A stretch of DNA of 64,000 bases. Source: Lytechinus pictus (lineage: Eukaryota). Numbering within the stretch: position 1 is the first letter of the stretch; each line of letters begins with the position of its first letter. Under the pieces are notes generated by a model. That model did not search any database, was not told the origin of the DNA, and worked only from the letters and a program-made list of their open reading frames with translations. The stretch spans positions 43,464,001 to 43,528,000 of the forward strand of contig NC_087245.1 of the NCBI RefSeq assembly GCF_037042905.1. Reading direction: 5' to 3'. Both the position numbers and the translations under genes were made by a program. This document shows positions 12,908 to 26,684 of the stretch, piece by piece.

Positions 12908-13085
12908 GCAGTGGTGTAATGAGCCAACAAATTGATGGGGCTCAATATGGCGTATAATTAATAAGACGTTGCGAGCGAGCGAGCAAAAATTTTGACATTT
13001 TTATTACAAATATCCAAGTTTGTGATAGATTTTAACATAATATTCAGAAAATAGTATATTTCACGCTTATCCCTTCCCTTTTCTG

Positions 13086-13125
<40 letters not shown>

Positions 13126-13159
13126 TTTTGGGGGGGGGGGGGCACCTGTACGCCCATGT
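12908..13159. mobile_element. Probable hAT-like MITE remnant with (CT)n/T/G tail
   Basis: cagtggtgtaatgagcc...gtacgcccatg ends resemble the element at 3007; no clear TSD. Confidence 0.45.
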
Positions 13160-14085
13160 GTATATGGATGTGTGTCACTGTAAAGATACAAACCTGGTGG
13201 TATATAAGAGAATATTATTCTTGACTAGACTAATATATGCAGATAAGGGATTCTAAGCTATACAGGTATATCTAAATAATATAGAATAGATTAAGATAGC
13301 TATTGTTGTGTGAATACTGCTGAGGGAAATCGGGGGAAAAGATGGGCTCATGAAAAAGTCAACGATCGAGAAGCACGGAGCCAACACGAACAAAATACAT
13401 GTGAATTCATATAGACATCGATTATTTTATTCATATAATATAATGGTGGATAATTTCCATTGAATGATAGACATTAGATCGCTTGTGTATTGAACCTTTT
13501 CCAATCCTCATTTGGACCTATATACAGCGGACATCTGAATGCAATGAGTTCTGATGCAAATTGGAATGATTGTATATAATCAATGATTATACGCTATTTA
13601 CTATTGATTATACCATGATAGATGTGCTTATAATTCCTTTACCTATTACATTTTTACTTTTCCTTAACTGAGGAGGGGGTACGGTTATCACTTATATTTC
13701 GCCAATAATTCACTCATATAGTTTTATATTATCTATATCACATTATTGTTTTCGATCACTCATGTCGCACGTTACACCCTTTTATATTACTAGTACTTCA
13801 TTATTGTTCAGTAAATATTTATTTTAAATTAACCATTGGGATTGGACAGGAGGCTTTATGCCACAGTAATTTAGTTACGTTTTCTGTCCGTGGCATTCGA
13901 ATGGGTGATATATTTCTTATTTTGTGTTGTTTGTACTGAAATATATTTTTCTTTGTCGAATAAATAATAATACTGATAATAATGCTTGTATTTCTTGAAA
14001 CGAATTTATTGCGGCATACACAAGACAAATTGAAGAAAATAATCATATAAATGTACATGAATGTGATCCGTTTAGAGCAGTTTAT

Positions 14086-14310
14086 GCACACTGTTGTATT
14101 AACCGGTGTACATGGAGGACCACAACAGTTATTTTGCACCGGACGGTGTTAAATTGACAGTGTTAAATTAACACCTATAGGTGTTATTACAACACCTTCG
14201 GTTGTTACATTTACACTCTTTGGTGTTATTTTCAATCTAACACCTCAGGGTGTGGTCCTCTATCAACACCAACTGTTGTCAGTTTTAACACCACAGTTTT
14301 TACAGTGTGC
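14086..14310. mobile_element. CACTG-terminal MITE with internal AACACC repeats
   Basis: gcacactgt / acagtgtgc inverted ends; repeated taacacc/ggtgtta. Confidence 0.6.
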
Positions 14311-14943
14311 CAAATCCTCTTAATGCTCAAAACATGACAGCGAAGTAACAACCCAACAAGATAATACTAATTTCTTCATTATACACACTCATGAGATGAA
14401 GTGTCCATTCATCGACAAATAAATCCAGAAATATAGATAAACAATACGTAATATAGTAAATGCAGTTGGGTGATATATAGGCCTACGTATATATACATGT
14501 AGATTTAACGGAATATTGCAAGAGTTGAAAAGTTGCTCTCAATACGGTCCTACCCGTTCTCGGCAAACTTAAGAGGTGTTTGTGAATTTTATTCGCATAT
14601 ATTACATTATATACTAAGATTAAACAATTAAAACTAAGATATCAATATTGATAAATCCATTTATTAGATTTTGTTCATATGTTATATATTGTCGCATGTG
14701 GTAGCGTATAAAATATTCACACTAGGGTGGACACATACGAGCCTACAGGAGAGGATGAGGGGGGGGGGTGGATTTACCCTATGTCAAGGGGGAGGGAAGG
14801 TGGGGCGATTCAAATTTTCATCTCATATAGCCTTAATAATAAATATTGAGATATATCATGTCAGAATTATTCCTGACATCATTGGAAAGTGAACATTCTG
14901 AGCACTTTTTACAATCATTTACAAGATTATGTATTTAACCAAA

Positions 14944-17900
14944 TAGTCAGTTTCACTGTGTAATTTTGCCGGATTTTATTGAGAAATTGAAATTATACAT
15001 TTTTGGAAAGGTTATTGTATAAGGAATCAGAATAAAAATATTTCCATTTGCCCCGATACCTACATGGCCGGGCGCCATCTTGGAGTTTTTACAAAATGAC
15101 CGCCAAAGACAGGGGTTTTGACAATATCTCGGCTTCTAAGTAACCTAGAATTACGACTCTGGCACCTAAACAACCATTTATGGGGTTAAGGAATCTGTTG
15201 GTATCAAAATAATCAACTTTTATCAAGAAAGAAAATAATTTTAATGATATTTTTGGTCTTTTCCTATGTATTTACAGACTCAAACACACATTAAAGTCCA
15301 AATTAAGTATTGCTAATTAAGTGACCTAAACATAACTTTCAGTAAGGATAATGTTAAACCAATGTGTCAAACATTATTTTTATAATCATTTATCGTGTGT
15401 TTTAGGTTACATGAGAAAGGTCAAAGGTCACTTAGGGTTGATGAACTTTGACCACGTCTGGGTATCAACTTGAAATCTTAACCAATGTTAAGTGTTTGAA
15501 AGGTCACCATAACCTAGAGAGGAATACGGGTAATAAAGACAGTATCAATGATTATGTTGCATCAGTTTGAGGGCTCATGATCAAGGACAAGGTCAAAGGT
15601 TAACGCAATTTTACCATGTTGTTGTTTCACTAATTACCAAAATACAACTTATGCAAGGTTAAGATTTAACTTTCATATAAAGGTAATCAAGTAGGCCATC
15701 AGTAAATCGATGAATGACTTTCGGGCTACTAAGCGAAGGTTAAAGGTCAATCGGGGGTCAACTAAATAAGAATATTTTAAAAGGGTTAGGATTTTATTCA
15801 TGTTTAGACCAATTTTTGAAATTATCAGTCAGGATAAACATGCATATAACGGTTATAAGATATCAGAAATGAGATGAGAATAGATGAGAATAACTTCATG
15901 TTACTGGTACAAGGTCAAAAGTCATGTCAGATCAATTAACTTGCATAAGTATTAATATTTTGTTAATAACCTGAAAAATACCTTATAACAATAAATGAAA
16001 CTTGTTTGCATCAACCGGTATATTGGATATAAAAAATGACATGAATTGAAAAGAATGTTTTAAGTCAAGGTCGAAGGTAATTTGAAGTCAATAAAATTTA
16101 TTAGCAAATAAATGGGGGTCTCTCTTTTCTTAAAAGAAAATACAAATTCATCTTATAAGTAGGGTAGTTCTTTACAAAGTCATTGCTGCTGCTACATGTT
16201 TATTTGATTGTGTAGTGCAGGCGATCTGTCAGAATTTAACTTAGTTTAAGTTGACAATTTATTGACACCAAATGACCATTGGTCTTCTCTAAGTAACCTA
16301 AGTGACCAGACAAGCCAGTCGATTTAGTGACATGCCTACTTGATAAATATTATACGTAATATTCATGAAATAAGTCATTGTACTTTCAGAGTTGTGATGA
16401 CATTTCAAAAACTAATCCTTGGTTAAGATTGAAATTTTGATACCACAACATGATATGGGTAATGAAGTATCACTGATCTACCTCCATGAGTTTCAGGCTG
16501 TCACGTGATCAAGGCCAAATATTATTTAGGGTTAATGAACTTTGACCATGTTCGTGGTATCAACATTTAAGTCTTAACCAATGTGAGGTTTTAAAGTGTC
16601 AACATAACTTTGAAAGTGGAAGGACATATTTCATGAAAAAAAGTTATCAAGTAAATAGATGAATGAAATTTCAGGTCAGTAGGAGGTGAAAGGTTATTTT
16701 GGGGAATATTGTTTTCAACTTAAACAACTCGGAACGCTTCTGACAGCATCACATGAACCAAATAATTCAATATAGCACCAGTGCTGACTTAAAAAAAACA
16801 AATACCATTCGTGTCAAATGAATGATTTTTCAAAAAAGAGAAAGGAACTTTATCTTACATCCAAAGTTCATTGACCTCAATTGACCTTTTACCTTGACTG
16901 AAAAAAAATCCTTTCATTGATAACATTTGTGATCCAAAAAAGATCTTATAAAAGTTTGATTTACTGTGATGAAGTAGTTACAGAATATGAGCAAAATATA
17001 TATTCTTATCCAAATTAATACATCCAAAATGACCCTTGACCTTGACCCAGTAACCTGAAATCTTTGTAATTGAATTCCAGATACCTGTTTATCATAATAT
17101 ACCTCTTTAACTCAATACTGATTGATAATTTCAAACATGTTAAAATCCACAGTCTGATCTAATCTCTTTTTTAATTTCTTCAATTTTGACCCCCTATTGA
17201 CCACTGACCTTCACATGGAGAACTGAAAGTCATTTATCCATTTGCTGACACTTGATGAACATTATATGGACGTTTTTAGAATAGGGACTTGCGAAAATTA
17301 GGTCTAGCTTGAAAAATCAGTCTTAGCGATGCTTTAAGTTTTAGGTAGTGAAATCACAACATGGTCAAGGTGCATTAACCCTAAATGACCCTTGACCTTG
17401 ATCATGTGACTTGAAACTCATGCAAAATGATCTATGATACTTTATTACCCATATCCTCTCTAGTTTACTATGACCTTTCAAAAATTTAACCTTGGTTATT
17501 TACCCAAACATGGTCAAAGTTCAGTGACCCTAAGCGACCTATGACCTTGGTCACGTAACCTGAAACACATGATAAATGATTAGAAAAAGCATGTGTGACA
17601 CACTGGTTTAACATCTCCCTTATTGAAAGGTATTCAGGTTGCTTAATTTGTAATTATGTGTTCGAGTCTGGAAATACGTAGAAAAAGACAGAAAATATCA
17701 TGAAAATGATTTTATTTCTTGAATAAAGTTAATTATTTTGATTGCAATAGATTCCTTGACCTCAGAAATGGTGGTTTAGGAGTCAAAACCATGTTCATTG
17801 GTTACTTGGAAGCTGAGATATTGTCGAAATCCCTGTTTTGGGCGGCCATTTTGAAAAATCCAAGATGGCGGCCATATAGGTCACGTTGCAAATGGAAACA

Positions 17901-18006
17901 TTGTTATTCTGATTCCTCATACAATAACCTTTCCAAAAATGTATAGTTTTCAATTTCTCCAAAAAATCCGGCGAAGGCCCAAATATGAACATAGTGAACC
18001 TGACTA
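14944..18006. mobile_element. 3.06-kb non-autonomous foldback transposon (TAGTCAG termini; possibly Academ-like)
   Basis: Several hundred bp of inverted homology at the ends (e.g. tacatttttggaaaggttattgtat / atacaataacctttccaaaaatgta); internal AAGGTCA motifs in the left half mirror TGACCTT motifs in the right half; no ORF. Confidence 0.8.
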
Positions 18007-19007
18007 ACACAACTAATGCTAGCACGAAGGGACATTTTAAGAACTGTTCTGCAGGGACTCATAAGGAGGAGGTATATCTCACTAATAGATTAAATGCTAA
18101 ATTAAAGTATATGATTAATATTTTAATCCCGATAGTTTGATGAGACTTTGCAAACCGCAAATATTTCACATCCCTGTTGCTGTCTCTGAATAGTCACGTT
18201 ATCACTTCTGCAAGTCCACGGTCGGTTCATATCAAATTCAGATCGGGTAAAGTATTAAGGCCTTAAATGTTTATGAGTTGAATTAAGAGAAATTCTGATT
18301 TGAAATAACAAGTAATGCAATTTCTATTACTTAAATGAAATAGTATGTAATTCGTTTTCAAGGGGAGGGGTCACTTTGGAAATTAAAATGTGGTTCTCAT
18401 CGACTTAAAGGGACGAACATGGAAGTATAATTGATTGGTATTTGCCTCCTGAATGATTTCAAAGGAAAAATATTTATATTCCAGAACCACATTGTTGTAT
18501 GACCATGCTATGGCATCATGAATTACGAGCTGTTACTATCGCGTCTCATTTTTCATTTTATTTCATTATCCGAAATCTATTTAATTTTCGGCATAGCCTA
18601 CCAGGCAATTTATATTAAACATGCTTCATGCGTAACAAAATAGTTTACAAATGAGGATGAGGGCCCTGGGAACGATTTTTTTGACTGGGGGTTCTGATGT
18701 AAATTTGACAAGCAAAAAACAAATTAAAAAAGGTGCACTGAAAAATGAAGGTCATTTTGCTCCTAAAAAATTTGACAATAAAAAAGAAGGGTTTCAATAA
18801 AAAAAATATCATTTTTGTTACATTTATCATTTTTTTCACACCTACCAGAATTCCAGGGGATTCTGCCCGTGCTGCTTACAGAGAATAATACACACAGCAC
18901 CCCTAGCATGCAACCTCGCTTCCCTGGGCCATGTCGCCCTCGGAGGTTATATATTTCTTTTGAAATGCTGTTGAACCATTACCAACGCTGTGAACACTAA
19001 TGCCGAT

Positions 19008-19020
19008 CATATATATGTAT

Positions 19021-19060
<40 letters not shown>
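19008..19060. repeat. (TA)n microsatellite
   Basis: Direct observation. Confidence 0.9.
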
Positions 19061-19063
<3 letters not shown>

Positions 19064-19095
19064 AGCGCGAGCTGAGAAATTTCATTCCGATCTGA

Positions 19096-19292
19096 AGGTA
19101 AATTGCCAATTCGTCCACTGCCAACTCGTCCTCTCACCACATCGTCTAACTTCATTTAGTCTAATGCCATTCCGTCCATCAATATTTCGTCTAACATCCA
19201 TTTAGTCCAATAACCATATGGTCCAATGATCACTTTGTCTAATCACCATATCGTCTATTACCATTTCGTCTAATAACCAGTTGGTCTAATTT
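19096..19292 (+). repeat. ~20-bp degenerate minisatellite (cgtctaa...cca), probable transposon end
   Basis: Repeated (c/g)gtctaa / gtccaa motifs. Confidence 0.6.
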
Positions 19293-19616
19293 TTTTCCCG
19301 GTGTATCAATGCAGAAACAAAGATTAACCATTAAAAAGATGTATACTAACCAAAGTGTCTAGTAAATGAATACGTTTTCATTGCAGGTGACCACTCAAAA
19401 TTTGCAATTATGACGGTCATCTTTAAATTTGTATGGAAAAATTAACTTTTTACCAAAATACAATGGATATTGTCAATATACATTTCTCGATATTGCTCTA
19501 AAATGAGACCAGTGTGCCTGAGACAAGAGATTGGCTAATCTCTTGTCACAGGCACACTACCAGAATTGCTTATTGGACTTTATATCATGTATGCCTTGCT
19601 CTCCCGAGTATACTGC

Positions 19617-21394
19617 AAGGGCGGCTCCAGCATTCGCCAATAGGGGGGGGGGGGGCGGCGGAAAATTTCAGCCACATTTTCCCCGATCGAAGTTGATTTT
19701 TGTTCTTTTTATTGAAGAGATAGTCCTAAAAGCCACTTCTTAGCTTTATTCTTACAAATCAACATAAATACAAATAATATCATAAGCCTTATCTAAAAAG
19801 TGCGAGCGCGAAGCGCGAGCTATTTTTTATTTTATGTATTTTGTCCTAAAATTTGAACATTCCGGGCAATGTTTGTGATCCTAAGCAAGATGTATATGCA
19901 ACTTAATCATTACTGAGAGCGCGAAGCGCGAGCAGGAATTTTTATTATACGTTTTGATCTGATCGAAAAGGGACCTAAAAAGTACTGCTTGCCATGGAAA
20001 TCTTACATATTTCAACAATCAAATAATGCGAGCGCGAAGCACGAGCTGAATTTTTTTGAAATGTTTTCCTAAAAAATGGAAATTCTAAGCACTTTATTTT
20101 ATCGTGAACAGGATAGATATATAATCAAATAATGCGAGCGCGAGCGGAAAAATTCGAGACTTTGACCTAAAAACGGGACACCCTAGTCATGATTTGTAAA
20201 TCATGGAAATGATGAGTAATTTGTGATATTCATACATTAATGATACGAGCGCAAAGCGCGAGCAGAATTTTTTTTATATTCAATAAACCTAGAATATTCA
20301 AATCAATAAACCTAGAATCTGGGCATTCTAAATCCATATTTGTTATCATGAAAATCAGTAAAGCGAGTGCGAAGCGCGAGCTTAAAATATTTGATATTCC
20401 GATCTGAAAAGGGGCCAATAAGTTCTATATTTCAAGCACTTTGTAGGAAAATTGTGAGGTGGATATGGATCACACACATCATAAAGAGCGAATATTTTTC
20501 ATTATTTTTCAATTTGAGTTTTGACATAGGACCGCGACATTCTAAGGACATTTTGTCATCATATGAAAATGATGACTTTTTTCCTATTCCTGTTCCTGAG
20601 CGCGAGATGAAACTTGTCGATATTCCATTCTTAAAAAAGGGACAATTCAATTATTGAATTAATGTCTTATTTATTAATCTACTAAGCCTAACGAGAGCGC
20701 GAAATCTGTTAATGTTATGGCCTGAAAACTGGACATTTCAAGCACATTTATGAATAAGATGCATGAGTTAATATCTTTCAACAATTAATGCGAGCGCAAA
20801 TCGCGAGCCGAAATTTTTTTATAAACTGTCATGAAATTTTGATTTTTTAAGTAGTTTGTTAAATAACTAATAATGAAATATACATAACTCACTAATCAAA
20901 ATGCGAGCGTGCAGCGCTTGCTGATGCGTTTTGATAATCAGACCTGACTAAGGATATTTTGAGAACTTTATGGAATACACGAAATCAATAGGTACCTGAC
21001 AAATCAAATTTTTGCGAGCGCGCAGCGCGAGCAGAAAATGTTCATATTTAGACAAAAAAACTGACATTTTTACAGAGCACTTTTTAAAAATCAAACAAAA
21101 TAAAGAAAGTTCGATTTCCGAGCTTAAATATGTTTTGTATATATTGACTTAAAAACTTGATATTTTAAGCTCCATATTGAGCAAGATATGTAAATCACCT
21201 AACAGGCAATTCGAGCGCGAAGCGCGAGCGAAGATTTTGTATAGTGACGTGAAATATTTCTTTTCCAACTCTCCCCCTCATCTTATTCTATTCACTCTTC
21301 TTCTCCCTCTTTTTCTTTCTTTCCCCCTTTCCCCCCTTTTTTTGATCCGCCAATAGGGGGGGGGGGGGGGCCCTCGGCCCCCCTGGATGTACTG
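19617..21394. mobile_element. hAT-like element with internal ~110-bp GCGAGCGCGAAGCGCGAGC repeat array
   Basis: caagggcggctccag...cgccaatagG-run at both ends; about 13 periodic motif copies over 19800-21230; right TIR eroded. Confidence 0.65.
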
Positions 21395-21597
21395 CAATTA
21401 CTTAATCGCAATTCTCATTATAAGGAAAACAGCACAATTAAAACGACTCTTTGCTTTGGTTGTACACTCAGACACCAATGATGATATAATATTTCGCTAT
21501 GAACTTTTGAATTTAGGGCGCATTGTACTGTTAATATTTATAAAAAGTGGATTTAACGGAAATGGTTTTCACAATGATCTAGGACTTTGTTTACAAC

Positions 21598-21793
21598 CAT
21601 AGGCGGCGGAAGCGGGGGGGGGGGGGACGATCCCCCCTAAAAATATTTGTCGATAACCTTTTTTTTTTTTCCTTGTCAATTTTTTTTTCCTGCGTCCCCC
21701 TTAAAATTTTTGGTTGATAACCTTTTTTTCTTTTTTTACTTGTCAAAAAATGTATGTGGTCCCCCCTAAAATTTTTGGCTTCCGCCGCCAATG
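21598..21793. mobile_element. hAT-like MITE
   Basis: TIR cataggcggcggaagc / gcttccgccgccaatg; TSD TTTACAAC/TTTCCAAC (7/8 match). Confidence 0.85.
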
Positions 21794-21949
21794 TTTCCAA
21801 CCACTTTCTGTTCTTCAGATTTGGAGTGTTTTTTATAATGAACAAACGACCACAACAATAATTATTTGTGTGCTCTTTACAAAAACAGTATTGTTAGAAC
21901 TACACCGCCGGTGTTTAAAGGGGACTACCACACCAACTACTGTACATCA

Positions 21950-22720
21950 CAGCGTGTCCCACAAAAATAAATGTTAATGGCACTTTGAGTATAATGTGAA
22001 AATTACTAAATCCTCTTGTATATACTTTCATAATCGTAAATTATTATTTTTTCATACAACTGGCTTGAATTTCATGCGATATGATTCATTAAACACAGAG
22101 CTATGAGCCTTCTTTCAGATTTCATCAGAAAACCTCGCAATCCAAGTTTCGTTATTGCGTTGAATAAAGTACCATCACGTCTTCATTTATTTTTTCCAAT
22201 TTAGATTTCGGCCAACAACTTACGACCGATACTTGAATTTAAAAGGAAATTGAATGTTTAAGAAGATTGGCATGATATCTTGAATCAACGTGATTAATCA
22301 AACATTAAATTAATTGATTGATTGATTATAGACCAACTGAAGGATTATATTTTTTAATCCATGATAAAATCTTGATCTCATCTAATAATCAGAGGGGACG
22401 AATATTCATTCATCCCCAAGTCCTGAAAAAAGGGAATCCTTGCAGATTTACACCCATGGCTGAAAGTGAATAAATACAGCGTAAATAGATAACAATCTTA
22501 TTAGCTGAACCTGACTAAATACAAAACTTGGATGGAGAGATTTCCTGATGTGTAATGAACAAATGCTTAGATCTTTGTTATGATTGAATCATAACACATG
22601 ACACTTAATCCTGTTGTAGGAAATGAATTGTAGTTTACGGGCGTAAAGAATATAAACAATATATTGACGTAATTCTAATATTACACCCGACTATAGTGCC
22701 ATTTTTCGAGGGACACGCTG
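21950..22720. mobile_element. Tc1/mariner-like non-autonomous element
   Basis: TIR cagcgtgtccc / gggacacgctg followed by TA. Confidence 0.65.
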
Positions 22721-23185
22721 TAGTATTGAATTCATGGTGTTAGGTCAACATCACTGGCGTATATTATAACCTTTTTCCATTTGATATTTTAACACACTAT
22801 AAGCCCGCATATTTAGTGTCACGTTCAAACTTCATTGTGCATAATTATTAGACCTGATTGTGTGTGATTCTCACGACACCGATTGATTCTACAAGCACTA
22901 TAGAGTGCAGAAGGGTAGCGTGTCTACATGCAGGGATAGCAAGGAAATGCTACGCCCCCCCCCCTGGGGCGTGGGTAGTATTTACTAATATGTTAAATTA
23001 AATTAAACCAGTAAGAATGGATGTGGGAGCAAACGGCTCGATGTTGTTTAAGTAAATTAAACCAGTGAGAAACACGGAGAATAAAATGGACAGACGACAT
23101 GGGCGTGGCCCTTACCGCACATACCAATCTCGCTCCTTCCTCCTCATTGGTGGAAATGTCGAGGCACATGACCCCTTCGGTACCT

Positions 23186-23321
23186 GGGGCCCGTTGCAGA
23201 AAGACTTTCGATCAAACGTAACTCATAAAAACGTTGACTCTTAACCAATGGGATACACGATTAGTGACTTGCAATTGACTTTTAGTTGTTTTTAAACGCA
23301 TCTCTTTCTGCAACAGACCCT
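23186..23321. mobile_element. Small MITE related to 162-327
   Basis: ggggcccgttgcagaaaga / tctttctgcaacagaccct. Confidence 0.6.
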
Positions 23322-23929
23322 TGGACTAGCATTATGTCATCGAGAACATTCTGTGAAAATATTTGATCCGAATAAAGAAATATATATTTAGTCACTGGTT
23401 CTTGAGCTCTGAATCTGTTATGAGCTCATGGTGCCTATATGGCAAGGTTGTGCCATTCCTATCACTGAACTAGAGATACGTGGAATACGTGTCCCTATTC
23501 CCAACGTACACAAAGCAGTGCGGCAACGAAGAGCATCGGACTTCACGCTCGACTGAGCGCGCCGCCATTTTGCTAGGTCAATACTGGCTAGTCGACAAAT
23601 GCTGCGTGAAGGCAGATGGGAGAAAGGAACGCAAAGAAAGTGTTCCTTGTGCTGTTTAAAGTTTTAGTTTGCTTTGTTACATCATGAACTATATGTTATT
23701 GAATACTTTCATAACTGAAAATGTTGATTAAGTCACATTTTTGTATTAAAGGGGAATAAACATACAGACATGAAATCATAAAAACTCGACCTTTTTCACG
23801 CGCACACTATATGACAAAGAAAGGCCCAACAACAAATTTGCTTTCTGAGTAGGCCTACAATTTGTCTGAACAATAAAGGCCTACAAGCTGGTTGCATTAA
23901 AAAAAAAAAATCTTTTAACGATTAGAAAT

Positions 23930-24495
23930 CATGTCTCTTTTCTCTAGCTTTTTTTTAAAACCTCCCTTCTCATTCAACTATTCATCTCATCTCATTTTCT
24001 CTGATTTTCCTCTTCTGTCCATCTCTCTTATCCTCCCTTTTCTCCATCCCCTTCTATTTCTTCCATTTCTACTTTCATGCCCCTCTCTCTCTTATTTCTC
24101 CCCTTTATATCATCTCGATCTCCCTCTTTATTATTTTTCCTTTCTCTTTGGCTTCTTTCTCTCTGATTTTCCTCTTCTTTCTCATCTCTCTCTCTCTTAC
24201 CTTCCCTTTCTATATATCCCCTTTTATCTCTCTTTTATTTCCCCATCTCCCTTATATCAAGCCCTCTTATCTCCCTCTCGTCTCGCCTTTCTCTCCTCAC
24301 CTTTTTCTCATTCCTCGTCATTTCCCCCTTTCTCTTTCTCTCTCTCTCTCTCTTTGATCTTCCTCTTCTTTCCATCTCTTCTCGTTGATCGTCCGTTTCT
24401 TGTTTTCTCTCCGGCTGCATCTTTACCATTTTGCCTTTCTCATTTCAACTTTCTCTATATAAATTTTTAGTAAATATTCCCTTCCCTCCCTCTCA
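23930..24495 (+). repeat. Polypyrimidine (CT-rich) tract
   Basis: Direct observation. Confidence 0.85.
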
Positions 24496-24954
24496 TACTG
24501 TTCAATCACACATTCAGGGTGAAAAATTGGATAGAAGTTTGAGGACAAGAAGGTTGTTACTTTTAATGAGCCTTCAAAGTTGGACCTTCGTGTGCTCAGC
24601 CATGAAATATCTACTAAGTACAGTGTATATAAAAATGGGCACAATATAATTTGAATTCTTATGAAATTTAATTTGGAAGAGCATGGATGTTGCACGACAT
24701 GTGCTTATACATCAATACACCTTTACATAAAGGAAGGGGTGATGGATAAACAAATTCAACTCTAACAAGTTTACTAATTAGAGCACAGATCAGAAAAGCA
24801 TAGCAATGGTAATTCCATTTAAAAAGTTGTGGCACTAAATTTCGCTTACTTTCACATACCAGATAATTATATGCATATCCTGGTCAGTATATATGAAATA
24901 TTCCACATGTCAAAAATTGCACAAAAAGACCACTACCTCTTGTCAAATATTTGC

Positions 24955-26367
24955 CAGGGTGACCAGACGTCCCGTATTTCCCGGGATCGTCCCGTATTTT
25001 GCTCCTTTGTCCCGGCGTCCCGACAAACCCTTCCCGGGACACCTATCTGTCCCGTATTTTTAGAATATTGAACAAAATGTAGTTGATACATTTAAAAGTG
25101 ACGAATTTTCATCAAATAACAGATGACGAAGCAGAGACAACAATAAATCGATAACTAAACTTTTGCAAAGTTTTGCGGGTGATTTTTATCCTAACCCAAT
25201 AGGCCTACATTGCAAACGAGCTGGCTTCCTGCCTTCGTGTGGCAGGCTCTATGCATGTAGGATCGGAGCAGATTCTTTTCGGGCGGGAAGTTTTTATGAT
25301 CATATATTATAGATTCTCAGATTACTGATTTAATAGGAGGAACAAGTTTTTTTAGTTTTCATAACTGGATCTACATGTAGTTGTTTAAGCTTTCGTTTTG
25401 AGTCTTGTTGTGTAGGATGCCGGCGCTGTTTCCTCTAATTTGTAAGTTGACAATGTTTCACTTTGAAATTTTATTCATTTCTAAACCACTTAGTTTTTCA
25501 AAATTTTAAAGATTTATATCTAAAAAACACCAAATATATCATTATCATTTCTGTTAGATGATTGGATTGCTTTTGTTTGAAGTTTGAACTTTTTCCTCTT
25601 TCATTTTTATTCTTCATCCTTCTATCCTTCCTGCTTGCTTTTTTTGTTCCATCTATCTTTTAATATTTCCTACCTTTCTTTCCTGATCCAGTCTGTGTGT
25701 TAATTTTCTTTCTTTCCTTCTTTCTCTTATCTGCCCTTTTTATTTACTTCCTTCTCCCTTCCTCACCTTTAATTTCTTTTCGTTTTTTCTCTCCTTCCAT
25801 TATTTTTTTCTCATTCTCTCCTCCCTCAAATCTTTCCTCCCTCTCTTTCATTCTTTCTTTCATTCTTTATTCTATTTTTCCTTCTAATTCTTTCTTTCCC
25901 TCCCTCCCTTCCTTCCTTCCCCCTTCCTGTTTTCTTCTTTCTTTGTTTCTTTCTTTCAGAGAATGAAAACATTTTTCTTTCCTTCATTCTTTGTTTCCCT
26001 TCTTTTTCTTACTTTTTCTTTCTCACCTTTATTTTGTCTGTCACACATCTTCCCTTTCTTTCTTTTTCTTTCTTTTTATATTCGATGAATTCAAAGAATG
26101 ACGGAAACCTTTTTTTCTCTTTTATTCTTTCTTTCATCGTCTTTTAAATTATTCTTACTTTCTTTCATTTTCCCCCTTCATTTTCCCCTTCGTTTTTTTC
26201 TTTCTTCTTTCTTATTTCATTTCTTTTCTTTCTCTCCTTCATTCTTTCGTTCACCCTCCCTTCCAATTCTTTATATTTTTTCACAAGTATAATACTGTGT
26301 AGCCTTCTTTGATGATCTTTTTTTATCGATTGTCCCGTATTTCATTTTTTGAAATCTGGTCACCCTG
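24955..26367. mobile_element. Nested hAT (Blackjack-like) non-autonomous element
   Basis: TIR cagggtgaccaga / tctggtcaccctg; subterminal gtcccg repeats; degenerate 8-bp flanks ATATTTGC/ATTTAAGC. Confidence 0.75.
25590..26285 (+). repeat. Polypyrimidine (CT-rich) tract
   Basis: Direct observation. Confidence 0.85.
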
Positions 26368-26684
26368 ATTTAAGCCCTTTTTTTAAACTACATGAATTAC
26401 CAGGTCCCAGTACATTGTGCATATAGAAATATGTTTGTACATGCTTGGCTTACTGACATTAAAATACACTTTGCCACACTAAGTACATCAGTATTAATTT
26501 TATATTTATAGAGAAAACATATTGCATCTTGCACATACTTTCAATTGCCTTCTACGGCGCGTTCTCGAACAATTGACCTAGCAAAATGGCGGCGGTCACG
26601 TGACTTATCGAGTTCGCCGGCGATGTTTTGCTTGGGTGAACACGACTTCCACGTATTTCTAGTTCAGTGATTCCTATACATAGA

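Larger units (their letters stand above)
23463..26669. mobile_element. 3.2-kb non-autonomous TIR transposon with 8-bp TSD (P- or hAT-like)
   Basis: TIR cactgaactagagatacgtggaa / ttccacgtatttctagttcagtg; subterminal inverted cgccgccattttgctaggtcaat; perfect TSD ATTCCTAT (23455-23462, 26670-26677). Confidence 0.88.

Noticed and set aside
19800..21232. CRISPR array
   Set aside because: Eukaryotic context, degenerate repeats, spacers too long and mutually related, no cas genes.
23931..26292. F/L/S/P-rich ORFs up to 179 aa
   Set aside because: Translation artefacts of polypyrimidine tracts.
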